64,000 nt of DNA, from positions 1,426,001-1,490,000 of the forward strand of contig JAUFOR010000003.1 in NCBI GenBank assembly GCA_040285745.1. The letters run 5' to 3'. How positions within the stretch are numbered: the stretch's first letter is position 1; each line of letters opens with the position of its first letter. Under the pieces are notes generated by a model, which saw nothing but the letters and a program-made list of their open reading frames with translations, did no database searches and was not told where the DNA came from. Made by a program: the position numbers and the translations under genes. Shown here in pieces: positions 32,442 to 42,302 of this stretch. Source of the DNA: Barthelona sp. PCE. Its lineage: Eukaryota.

Positions 32442-35400
32442 ATGTGTAAAAAAATGCGAACATGGACTCTACAGCAAACTTTTGTTTTTGCAAATTATTC
32501 TTCTTTCACAGCATTTGATGCTCACAGTACATGTATGATCCTATACGAGTGCCTGTCAAGTATCAAAACATTCTTGGAAACAAGTAATATTGTTGAAATT
32601 GGGCTTCTTCGCGATTTTATACTTTCCTTAAGATCCCAAACAGTTCCACTCTCGAAGGAGTGTCTGGAATTGTTCACATCTATCACTGATGTTGCATTCC
32701 AGATAAGCGATTCTTTCTTTGTTGAGATAGTTTTCCGTCTACTGTTTCTTCAGCTCAAAACATCTCAAACAACTCTTATACCCCTTATACACCAGCTATA
32801 CCATCTGCGTCCCTTCTCATTAGCACTGATCGACATTGAGAACTCTAATGATTTGTGTAAGAGACTGTTATTTCTTGTTTCTCGGTATTCAAACAAGATA
32901 ATTGCATGGTTTTTGTGTATTATTGTGGCTTCCAAACAGTTTGATAATTTCAATCTATTGAATATGTTCCCGTCATCTGTCTTTGCTGAAATGGATTCAA
33001 CTTTTATTCTTTGGGCGCTCAGGCAGCACATGCCCGCCACAGCCCCCTCGCCCGTGGGCGTGATTGAGCGTACCAAGCGTGCAAAGGCGTTCTCATGGTT
33101 GGATACACTGGAGTGCGGTGCCGTGTTAGACTATCTTCCATCTCTAATAGTAATGGGGTATGTACCCTCACCATATCGTCGCACCAAGCTGCTTGAGGAG
33201 GCAACGATCAGCGATCACCCGCTGCTTCCATCTCTGTTGTTGAGATTCTATGATGAACCAATGACAGAGGAGGAGCTTTCTTTCTTTGAGTGGCAGCCAA
33301 CGTTACTACAGATAACATCACCAGTAATGAAGAACTTTGAGCGGTTGAAGGAGTCTAAACCAATTGTGCAAATGTTACTATCGACAAATGCCGAGGATGT
33401 TGTGGACATTAAGCAGATATTGATGATCGAACGCCTTCTTATTGCCACAAGGCTGGACGAATCAATGCAGGAGACCATAGGCCAGCTCCATCAGCTCCTC
33501 GCTACACTGCCTTTGGACCCAGCAAAAGTTCAACACTTCTTGAACGTTGACTCACAATTGTTAGCAGTTGAGGTTCCATCCAGCGAACAGCCGACATTGG
33601 TGTTGGAGCAATCAACTCCACCTACTGCTGTCGCCAATACACCAGTTTCGATTGTTACGGAAATGGAGGACTCGATGATGAGCCTTGTCACAATGGCATT
33701 AGACTCTTGCTCACCTTGCTCACCCTCTTCTGAGAAGGGTGTTACCGATCTAATTTCATCGTTTGTCGAGAAGCTTCCGCCACAATCGCATCGTAAAAGG
33801 CCAAAGTCTTTCAGACGTATGGAATCTGCCCATCCTCAGAACGCTTCACCTGATGAGATTTTCATCACAAAGAGTTGTACAACTGCTAATATCATTGGGC
33901 AGCTCCGCCGATGTACATATGGGATTCAGAAGGAGGCGTTTTACGCAGCTAGGCTCATTAATAACGAAGAGTCAATGCACTCGTTACGTGTGGTCCTCAG
34001 GCGCGTAACGACCAAGTTCAAGTTCAAGGTAGTTGACGCCTTAGTTGGTCTCGTATGCGCCATTGCTGCTGCTGGTGTGACTTTTGACACACACTTCTCC
34101 AACGCTCTGAGCGGGTTGGCGTTCATCACGCTCTTTCACGAGACTAAGGTGAGTGGGCAGCTTCTCAGCTGTGTTAAGGATAACGTTTCTGACATCGCAC
34201 TGTTCCCAGCGGTGCGCGTGAAGAACTCATCGTCGCTTGGTGCTATGATCTTTTGCAGGTCATTCCTCGATATTTGCAGGAAATTACGTGTACTTCCATC
34301 GCGTGAGTCTCTCTCCCGCATCTGTTCGGTCATTTTAGACCTATTATCCCTTAAGCAGTCGGGTGCACCCACCCTATGCACGTCTTTTGCTGAGTTTCTT
34401 ATTGAAAACCATGAACAGTGGAACGAGGATATCGCACAGGTACTCTACACATACGCTCTACACATCGTCTCGGAGTATGATATCAGCGACCCGTCTTTGA
34501 GGATGATGGAGGATATGGTAGGCTTCCCAACAGCGTTTTCACTTTCGCACAAGAATGCTGCGGTCCTACACGTGCACTTAGCATGGCTCTTGTCTCAGGT
34601 GTATGCCGATGTTGTGGTCACACTGCAATTCTTCTATTCATCTGCTCTGATGACCGTTTTGTTCGAGTTATCGGACGAGCACACTTCAGTTCATCCACCT
34701 TCGTTTGCCAAGTCCAACCTTTCCGTTGATTCTGCTGCTTGTCGGAACCACGCCGCTTACTGGCTCCTTACTGGGCTTGTCCAATTCGACCCATCGTTGA
34801 CGAGCTCAGATGCTGTGCGGCCGAACGTTTCACATTATCTTCGTTACTTACTATCCAAATCTGACGTAGATTTGAGTCCGCTGGGTAAGATTGACATTGG
34901 AGTTCGTCTCTTCTTTTTCTCTATTGCATGTGGTTATCACCGTTCGTTTGAGAAACATCTGTTTGAGTATTTTGAAGCATTTTACAAATTTTCTGAGGAT
35001 TTAAAGACACCTTTTGTATCATTTTCGAGCGATTTCCGCTTGAAAACAATTGGTCGTGCATTTTCTATTGTTATATCTGAACTTGAACCGTATCACGAGA
35101 GCGTTCCAGCCAACAAAATTGCCTCAAATCAACTTTCGACACTTAATCGTCTAACTATCCGTAGGCACTTAACCAGCACGCCAAATGCTCTAAAACATGA
35201 GAGCAAGTCGAGAGCGGAGCCAGTACGAAAGAAAATGCAGGCGATTCTTGCGTTTTTCGTGCACAGTCATAAGCGGCACATTATGCAGCTATTCGGACAT
35301 GGAGGCGACCTTGGGCTCCTTATGGACTTCATTGATAAGTCAGAGAAGACAGTTGTTGACTGTCCTGGCTTAACAGATTTCATGATGGTCATAGACTCTC

Positions 35401-36440
35401 TTCAAATTTTGAACATTAAGCTCCCTGTGAGAGATGATATCCCAGCCCTGTCGAGAAACGGCCTTACAACGATTGCAAAGCGCAGGAAAGAGATGGAGAC
35501 GGTGAATGCTAAAGTTGTGAGGGTTGCTGCACAGTTTTCAGTACAGGATATGATTGATCTTTGCAAAAACACGCACGTAGGCCATCTTCACAGGCTGGTG
35601 ATCACAGAGCGTGTTGGTGGCACAGTTGCGGACGATACACTGAAAGACAAATTATTTATTTTTGCTCCTTTGATTCGCGAACATTTTTTATGCGTGCACA
35701 AGACAGGTTATCATATTCTGCGCCCCGTATGCGATTCATTTTTACTGGGAAGGATCATGGCACTGTATGTTGAAACTCAGATTAATTTGGGAATTGAGTG
35801 GCCTAGTGAGCTGTACGGTTTGTTATGCGGTCTTTCTTTCCACCCAGAAGATGTGCTGCCGTTTGACCCCGAGCTACACATACGCATGGACTGGGTTGAC
35901 AACAACGATTTAGCTGAATTGGGTCTGCGATTTGAGGATGGCACGCCAGTTTCGGATCTCAACAAGAAGAGGTACATAATGCAATTCTCTCTAAAGCGAT
36001 TCACAGATTTTTTCCACGACTATGAGTTGTTGGTTAGGGGCTTCAGATCTGAATTGCAATCAGTTCCATTACTTCCAACGGAACTTAGTTCTGTGCTAAA
36101 TATCCAGGATGGTTTCGACATTGAAAAGTTGATGGATATGTGTGTTGTAGATGCATCTCTGTGCTCGAACAAGGAAAATGTGCAGACTCGTGTCGACTGG
36201 ATTCATAGATTCATGTATGAATCCGACTTTGTCATGCGGAACACATTGCTCCGTTTTATAACTGGTTCAACATTGGTACCTGTCACAGGATGGCGATTAC
36301 ACCTCACAGATGCAAAGAATAGACTTCCAGAGAGTAGAATATGTACAAACGCTCTAATTTTGTCTGATTTTGAAGATTATGATTCATTTTATCAGCATAT
36401 GATGATTGCTCTTGTTGATTGTCAGGGTATGCAGTTATAA
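32442..36440 (+). CDS. Large protein with divergent C-terminal HECT E3 ligase domain
   Basis: VSDLNKKRYI, LLRFITGST and LPESRICTNALIL (compare HECT LPxAHTCFNxLxL). Start codon uncertain. Confidence 0.75.
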   Translation: MCKKMRTWTLQQTFVFANYSSFTAFDAHSTCMILYECLSSIKTFLETSNIVEIGLLRDFILSLRSQTVPLSKECLELFTSITDVAFQISDSFFVEIVFRLLFLQLKTSQTTLIPLIHQLYHLRPFSLALIDIENSNDLCKRLLFLVSRYSNKIIAWFLCIIVASKQFDNFNLLNMFPSSVFAEMDSTFILWALRQHMPATAPSPVGVIERTKRAKAFSWLDTLECGAVLDYLPSLIVMGYVPSPYRRTKLLEEATISDHPLLPSLLLRFYDEPMTEEELSFFEWQPTLLQITSPVMKNFERLKESKPIVQMLLSTNAEDVVDIKQILMIERLLIATRLDESMQETIGQLHQLLATLPLDPAKVQHFLNVDSQLLAVEVPSSEQPTLVLEQSTPPTAVANTPVSIVTEMEDSMMSLVTMALDSCSPCSPSSEKGVTDLISSFVEKLPPQSHRKRPKSFRRMESAHPQNASPDEIFITKSCTTANIIGQLRRCTYGIQKEAFYAARLINNEESMHSLRVVLRRVTTKFKFKVVDALVGLVCAIAAAGVTFDTHFSNALSGLAFITLFHETKVSGQLLSCVKDNVSDIALFPAVRVKNSSSLGAMIFCRSFLDICRKLRVLPSRESLSRICSVILDLLSLKQSGAPTLCTSFAEFLIENHEQWNEDIAQVLYTYALHIVSEYDISDPSLRMMEDMVGFPTAFSLSHKNAAVLHVHLAWLLSQVYADVVVTLQFFYSSALMTVLFELSDEHTSVHPPSFAKSNLSVDSAACRNHAAYWLLTGLVQFDPSLTSSDAVRPNVSHYLRYLLSKSDVDLSPLGKIDIGVRLFFFSIACGYHRSFEKHLFEYFEAFYKFSEDLKTPFVSFSSDFRLKTIGRAFSIVISELEPYHESVPANKIASNQLSTLNRLTIRRHLTSTPNALKHESKSRAEPVRKKMQAILAFFVHSHKRHIMQLFGHGGDLGLLMDFIDKSEKTVVDCPGLTDFMMVIDSLQILNIKLPVRDDIPALSRNGLTTIAKRRKEMETVNAKVVRVAAQFSVQDMIDLCKNTHVGHLHRLVITERVGGTVADDTLKDKLFIFAPLIREHFLCVHKTGYHILRPVCDSFLLGRIMALYVETQINLGIEWPSELYGLLCGLSFHPEDVLPFDPELHIRMDWVDNNDLAELGLRFEDGTPVSDLNKKRYIMQFSLKRFTDFFHDYELLVRGFRSELQSVPLLPTELSSVLNIQDGFDIEKLMDMCVVDASLCSNKENVQTRVDWIHRFMYESDFVMRNTLLRFITGSTLVPVTGWRLHLTDAKNRLPESRICTNALILSDFEDYDSFYQHMMIALVDCQGMQL

Positions 36441-36477
36441 AAAGTAAAAACAAAGCGCTATCATTTACATGTGTTTG

Positions 36478-37938
36478 TTACAGGGGAGGTAAATTTTTTT
36501 GGCTAGAATTAGTAATAAATGGGTGACGTAAAGCTTCAGAAGGTGTCATACGTTCCGTAGGATCCCAAATGAGACATTTTTCAATAAAATCAATGAAAGT
36601 CTGGTTGTTCGTACGCAAACTCCTTGACAAGGTCTTTGTTGCCGGAATGTGTTTCTTACCACGACTGTTTGCAGTGATTCTTGGTCTACCTTTGGAGTCG
36701 AAGAATAATCTTCTTCGAGGTGATGACTCGATCATATCTATAGGGGGTATATCACAAACTTCCATTATACATTGGATTTGATCGTTCTCTGTCTCTCCTG
36801 GAAAAAGTGGATAACCAGTGTGGAATTCGGCTAAAATGCATCCTAAAGACCACATATCGATCTCACAACCGTATGCCAAACCCAAAATTACTTCAGGGGC
36901 ACGATAGAATCTGCTTTGAATGTATGTATAAATACGTTCATCAGAGAAACAACCGGAACCAAAGTCAATAATCTTGATACCACTTTTGTTAGCCTGTTTA
37001 AGAAGGATGTTCTCCGGTTTCATATCTGCGTGGACAATATTAGCTCTCGCCATGAATCGCATGCCATTCAAAATTTGAATCGAGAATCTTCTGATCAAGC
37101 TTAGTGACATTGGTGTAAAGTTGTTTTCCTTCATGAATTCATATAGATTCTGACTCAGGAGCTCTGTTACTAAGCATAAATGTCCTCTAAACTTAAAACT
37201 ACTCGTTAATTTCACAATATTCGCACGATCAGCTGCTCCATGGTCTCTCATGTATTCAAGCAGTTTGACCTCCACCAACCCCTGATGCTGGAACCGTTTC
37301 TTATTCCTAATCATCTTTAGAGCAACGATTTCATTGGTCTTATGATCAAGTACCTTGTAAACACGACCGAAACTACCCTTACCGAGCAAAGACATTAACT
37401 CGTAACGATATGCAATGTGGTCGTGCGTTTGGCCCTCATAATCACCTCTGTTATCATCAAAATCTCCAGGTGTTCTAGCTTTAGCAAACATGCTTCCTAA
37501 GAAGTATATTTCATTATAATTAAGGATCTCTTGTTTCTCATAGTCGGTCAAGGAGTTCGGATTATCTCTTAGAACTTCATTTGGCCTCATAAAATTGTTT
37601 GCAGAAGTTTTTTTATCTTCTACACCTTCTGGTTGTGTAACTACACGGTGACGTGACTTAGGTCGCTTAGATCCGGACATACGTCGGTAGGTTTGAGCTC
37701 CATTGTTTGTTGGTGGCAAACGGCGATGATATGTTCTGACTTTATGATTTCTGGCAGTTTGCACATTTCCTTTGACATAGTGCCTTGGTCCCGAGGGCAA
37801 ATTCTGAAGGTTTAGATTCAAATTTTTTAACTTTGGCAAGGAGGAACTGTTATTGGTACCAAAAGATTTATCTTTTGAAGAGGGACGACTGCCCCTTTGT
37901 ATAGCTGGGAGAACAATCGAATTATTCTGCTTGCCCAT
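36478..37938 (-). CDS. DYRK2-class dual-specificity kinase
   Basis: DH box FDDNRGDY, DHIAYRYE, HADMKPEN, DFGSGC, YTYIQSRFYRAPE. Confidence 0.93.
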   Translation of the reverse strand: MGKQNNSIVLPAIQRGSRPSSKDKSFGTNNSSSLPKLKNLNLNLQNLPSGPRHYVKGNVQTARNHKVRTYHRRLPPTNNGAQTYRRMSGSKRPKSRHRVVTQPEGVEDKKTSANNFMRPNEVLRDNPNSLTDYEKQEILNYNEIYFLGSMFAKARTPGDFDDNRGDYEGQTHDHIAYRYELMSLLGKGSFGRVYKVLDHKTNEIVALKMIRNKKRFQHQGLVEVKLLEYMRDHGAADRANIVKLTSSFKFRGHLCLVTELLSQNLYEFMKENNFTPMSLSLIRRFSIQILNGMRFMARANIVHADMKPENILLKQANKSGIKIIDFGSGCFSDERIYTYIQSRFYRAPEVILGLAYGCEIDMWSLGCILAEFHTGYPLFPGETENDQIQCIMEVCDIPPIDMIESSPRRRLFFDSKGRPRITANSRGKKHIPATKTLSRSLRTNNQTFIDFIEKCLIWDPTERMTPSEALRHPFITNSSQKNLPPL

Positions 37939-38359
37939 GGGTCATTTGTGTATTGAAATTCGAAAGAAGTCTAATAGAATAAAGCGCAAATAGTTTGAAT
38001 TGTTAGTGTTCTGTTGTTGTCGGGGAATATACACATCATCAAGTATGGGGGAAACAGCTGGATTTACTGTTTTGAGTAACATAGGCATGCAACGTTTTTG
38101 TTATCTATACTTTCTTATTTTTATTTCAATTGACAAAGCTAAATGTGTATTTGATTTAGGTATATACCACAAAAAGCGGACAAAAAGTTTCAATTCTGAA
38201 GTTAAAAGCTGATGAATATATTATTTTTTGAGGTTTGATGCAGTTTCATATGCTTGAATTACTTTTGTATTCCTTTTGAACGACAATTTCACAAATAGGA
38301 AAACTATATGTGCTGTATTCGCATATATACAATTTTTCATATATTGGGACGCATTCTGC

Positions 38360-39997
38360 ATGTCATTTTTGTTTAGAGGGAAACAAGAAGACGATTCCGA
38401 TGAGCGGGGCCCCATAGTAAGAGAGCTAACGAATTACGGTAATACTTGTTATCTGAATTCATTGTTTCAAAGTCTGTATAGCCTCGACATCATGAGATAT
38501 ATGTTCAACTCTCTAGACAAGCACTTTGAAATGTACACAAATCATCTTGATCCAACTGATCGAGAGTTTTTCAAGGAATTCATTAATTTTTACAACGCTT
38601 TAGGTCGTAGACAGAATCTACGACGAGAGGTACACCCAAAGAAATCATTTTTACGTGTTTTACAGAAGAAACTCGGAGTTGAGTTCGAGATTTATCAGCA
38701 GCAAGATACGATGGAACTTTTTCACTCAATTAATTCAATTTTTGAGGGCATTCTTGGGTCTACACTCACGTCACCCAATGAAAATCTGCCCACAGTTAAA
38801 ACAAGTATCTTTTCGTTTCCATTTTTAGGATTCATGAAGAACGTGGTTGAGTGTGACTCATGCAACCACCAAACTGTATCATTCGACAGTTTTTTTGACA
38901 TTTCTTTGCATTTAGAGTATACGAAGAAACGAATTTTTCCTTTTCCCTTTCCCTTCAAAAAGAAGGAATGGCCGGGTCTTGAACGATGTCTGGAGCTGCA
39001 TTTCAACAAGGATGAGCTTGAGGGGAAGGTTTGCGACCATTGTGAATCAGAAGATAAACACTCTATATCACATTTGATTTCTTCTTCATTTAAGCTCCCT
39101 ATCGTGTTAATGATTCACATCAAGCGCTTTTCTTTCAACAGGTCAATGTCTAAGATTGGCGCACACATACCATACCCGATGGAACTGAACATGCAACAGT
39201 TTTTTGACAGTAAGGTTGTGAACAACCCATTATATGCATTGAAGGCGGTTGTTGTTCATCAGGGAGGGTCTCATTTCGGTCATTTCGTTGCGTACATCAA
39301 AAGAGATGACGTTTGGTTTTTTACAAGTGACCGTGTTATAAAGGAAGTGACAGAAGAACGAGTTTTATCCCAACAAGCATACGTTTTGTTCTACGAACAG
39401 GTACAGAAAGCGCCTTTTGATGATCCAGTCTTTACATTTAAATCTTTTGATCAAAAGAAGAAGAATGTTGACTTCCCTTCAACTACGTCTGTTTTGAGCC
39501 TTTCAGAGCACGCCATGCGCGCATATTGCATAGAGTCATACAGAGGATTCAGACAAGGATGCCTTTTGCAATGTGAACATGGAAGACTTGTAAGAGAGAA
39601 TCTCTTAAAGCAGTTTGCAGTTTTTGTTGATGAGAAGCGTGGTATACCGTTGGAGGGCGTGTGCAAAGAAGAGGTTTGTATGGACAGGGCTCTCTTAGAT
39701 TGGGAAGTCAAGTTTGTTTCCCAGTTTGAGCTGGATCACTCTCTTTTATATTGTGCTATTGACAGTGACTGGGTGATTGCGTGGAGAAAGTACGTACGCA
39801 ACGACGGAGAGCATCCAGGAGCTATTGCAAACAATAATTTAGTCATACACAATCAGGTAATACCAGGGATGTCGTTAAGCACTCATTATCGCATGATTAG
39901 ACCCAATGTTTTTTATGCACTGCAGGCTCTGTATGGCGGGGGACCATGTGTCATTTGTAATAGTATCGATATATATGATTTGAAGGAGATACATTAA
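38360..39997 (+). CDS. Ubiquitin-specific protease with C-terminal DUSP domain
   Basis: LTNYGNTCYLNS, QQQDTME, VHQGGSHFGHFVAY; DUSP-like W..W...HPGAIAN...LYGGGP. First ATG is at 38360. Confidence 0.87.
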   Translation: MSFLFRGKQEDDSDERGPIVRELTNYGNTCYLNSLFQSLYSLDIMRYMFNSLDKHFEMYTNHLDPTDREFFKEFINFYNALGRRQNLRREVHPKKSFLRVLQKKLGVEFEIYQQQDTMELFHSINSIFEGILGSTLTSPNENLPTVKTSIFSFPFLGFMKNVVECDSCNHQTVSFDSFFDISLHLEYTKKRIFPFPFPFKKKEWPGLERCLELHFNKDELEGKVCDHCESEDKHSISHLISSSFKLPIVLMIHIKRFSFNRSMSKIGAHIPYPMELNMQQFFDSKVVNNPLYALKAVVVHQGGSHFGHFVAYIKRDDVWFFTSDRVIKEVTEERVLSQQAYVLFYEQVQKAPFDDPVFTFKSFDQKKKNVDFPSTTSVLSLSEHAMRAYCIESYRGFRQGCLLQCEHGRLVRENLLKQFAVFVDEKRGIPLEGVCKEEVCMDRALLDWEVKFVSQFELDHSLLYCAIDSDWVIAWRKYVRNDGEHPGAIANNNLVIHNQVIPGMSLSTHYRMIRPNVFYALQALYGGGPCVICNSIDIYDLKEIH

Positions 39998-40249
39998 ATT
40001 TGATCAAATATTTTTGCATTCGTTTAAAAGCCGCACACTGGTCATATCATGCGTTCTATCGGTGGATTGACCCGAGACAAGTATGAGTATGATGGAAGAT
40101 TGATTTTTGTTATAGTAAATTTGTAGTTTAGATTTTGTTAATGAAGAGATTTTGAATGTGCTAAATTCTAAGTTTGAACCGTATTTTAAAACTTTGTCTT
40201 TGATCCTTTGTACCAAAAATTTAGTTTTACAATACTTACTCTTTTACAC

Positions 40250-42284
40250 ATGCCTCGTCGTAGAGACAATGGTTTTCCTGTCAATCAGGGCTTTTATTGC
40301 AATCCCTTGGGTTCAAATGGGTTCAGATTAATGAATATGAATACTGATCCTGTTGTAAGCACTTTTTCTTTTGATTGCGATGATTTTTCATTAGGAATTG
40401 ATATTCAGAAGCGCACTGTTATACATGTCCACATTGATGAGTGTTTTGGAAACACAAAGCATTCTCTTTTTTTCTTTAGGTGTATGTTTGATCCGAAAAC
40501 GTATTATATTATGGAAGACACCAAATTTCAAAGCAGAAAAACGAAGAAGGTAATATTTTTGGATTTGGTTGATGAAGAACTCGTTTTTTCAGAAGTGAAG
40601 AGCTTTCATTACACCAATAGAAATCAAGAAATGGTTATGTTTCTGGACAGGGATACATCATACTGGATAGAATACGGAAGGATAACAGTTATCAGGTGGG
40701 ACGAAAAGGGCCAGATGCATGGAGTTGAAAATATTGTTACCAATTTCTATTGCCATACACTCGTATCAAATGTATTATTTTATTATATTAATGGGTCTAT
40801 AGCGTTTTCTCGATTCGATAACGAGGCTATTGACCGAAAAGAACTGGAAAATGTAGCTTTTGATTTCGACGTCCGTCCTGACATGAGAATGGTACAGAGC
40901 TTAATGCACCACAATGCGTGCTATTTGTGCAGGACAGAGGATTGTACAGAAGTTTGATTTCACCGATTTATTTCCTATGCTCAAGGAGTTAAGGATTAGC
41001 ATTGAAAGATTTCATATATGGTATCTGTCTGCTGAGCGTAAAGAAGCCATGTGTGTTATAGTGTCAAACGAAATTGCACACTTTTGTGTCTTCAAGAATG
41101 ATGAAGTTTCAGCTTTTCCGTTTATCTTTCCCAGGAGGACCAGTGCAGCACTTCCCCCGTTTTCAACTGAAATGGATCATAGAAGGTTTTTGACACGCAT
41201 GTATAGTGTTGTAGATTGTGAGTTTTCCAAATTTGAAAGATTTTATTCATTAAAGGATGTTATTTTGGAATGCAATGACTTGAAGTCAAGCCAATTAGGT
41301 ACATTCATGAACAGCATATTTTTTAAGACAAATTTTTTCCAGTTTGTATATAATTTTGTGGATAACATTATCTTTTATCAGAAATATAAAATTGATACAA
41401 ACCATGCATTCTATTATCGTTATATTGCAAAGATGCATGATTACGTAAAGAATACACTGAGAAGTGTGGACAATTTTGGTGTAGAAATGCAGATAATTGA
41501 TGTTGATTCCTTCAAGCTTGGAGAATATCCAGTTTATAATATTTTAACAGGGGCCAGCAATGTGTTACTCTTCAAAGAAGAACATGTGTATTGGTGGAGC
41601 TCGTATTGGAACGATGAAGTTGAGTATTTGAAGATATTGCGAACTTCAATACATACTGAGCAGACGGAATTGATAATCACTGTTGAGGAAGAAATCCCTG
41701 AAATAATTTACTGTGATTTGCAAAAAATCGTTTTGCAGTTTAGAAATTGTGCCAGGTGTTTTGAATTGAATGGCGGAGTCTGGGAGCTTACACGGGAATT
41801 AAATGAAAGGAAGGCATACATTAATCCTTATGCAACTGAGCTTTCTGTACAACGAACTAAGAAAAAGCATTTCTTTCTATGTGATGCTGATGAAGAGCTC
41901 AAAGTTCAACATAGGTCAGGTCTTTTCATCAAATTCCTATCACCACGCATTGTCTTGTTAGATTCAGGTATCTTCCGTATTACGAAGAGATGTCGTCTCA
42001 CAAACTTAATAGATTTCTCAGAGAATAATTTTACAGTAGCAGATGCAAACTGTTTCCAAACGCAGAATACTCTTACAATATTTGTGATATTGGATAGCAT
42101 GATTGTTCACCGCCGCTATATGTTCAACGATACGCATATTATCAGTTCGGAAGTGCTCGATAGTTCTCTGCAAGAATGGCTGACACATGCAGAGTTTGTT
42201 GAAGTTGATGTTTTCAGAGATCTGGGCGATCATGAGTCTTCAGGAAATGTTGTTGGGCAGATAGATATAAGAGGTGTTAATTAA
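40250..42284 (+). pseudogene. Lineage-specific beta-rich protein gene split by one +1 frame change (pseudogene, sequencing error or recoding)
   Basis: ORF 40250..40957 overlaps ORF 40914..42284 in the +1 frame with similar composition; AATAAA at the distal stop. N-terminus resembles the ORF at 61965. Confidence 0.55.
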
Positions 42285-42302
42285 TAAAATAGCTGTTGTA
42301 GT

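Noticed and set aside
14390-39997. Three USPs and a HECT ligase as a functional ubiquitin cluster
   Set aside because: They belong to different subfamilies and are interspersed with unrelated genes, as expected for large families in a compact genome.
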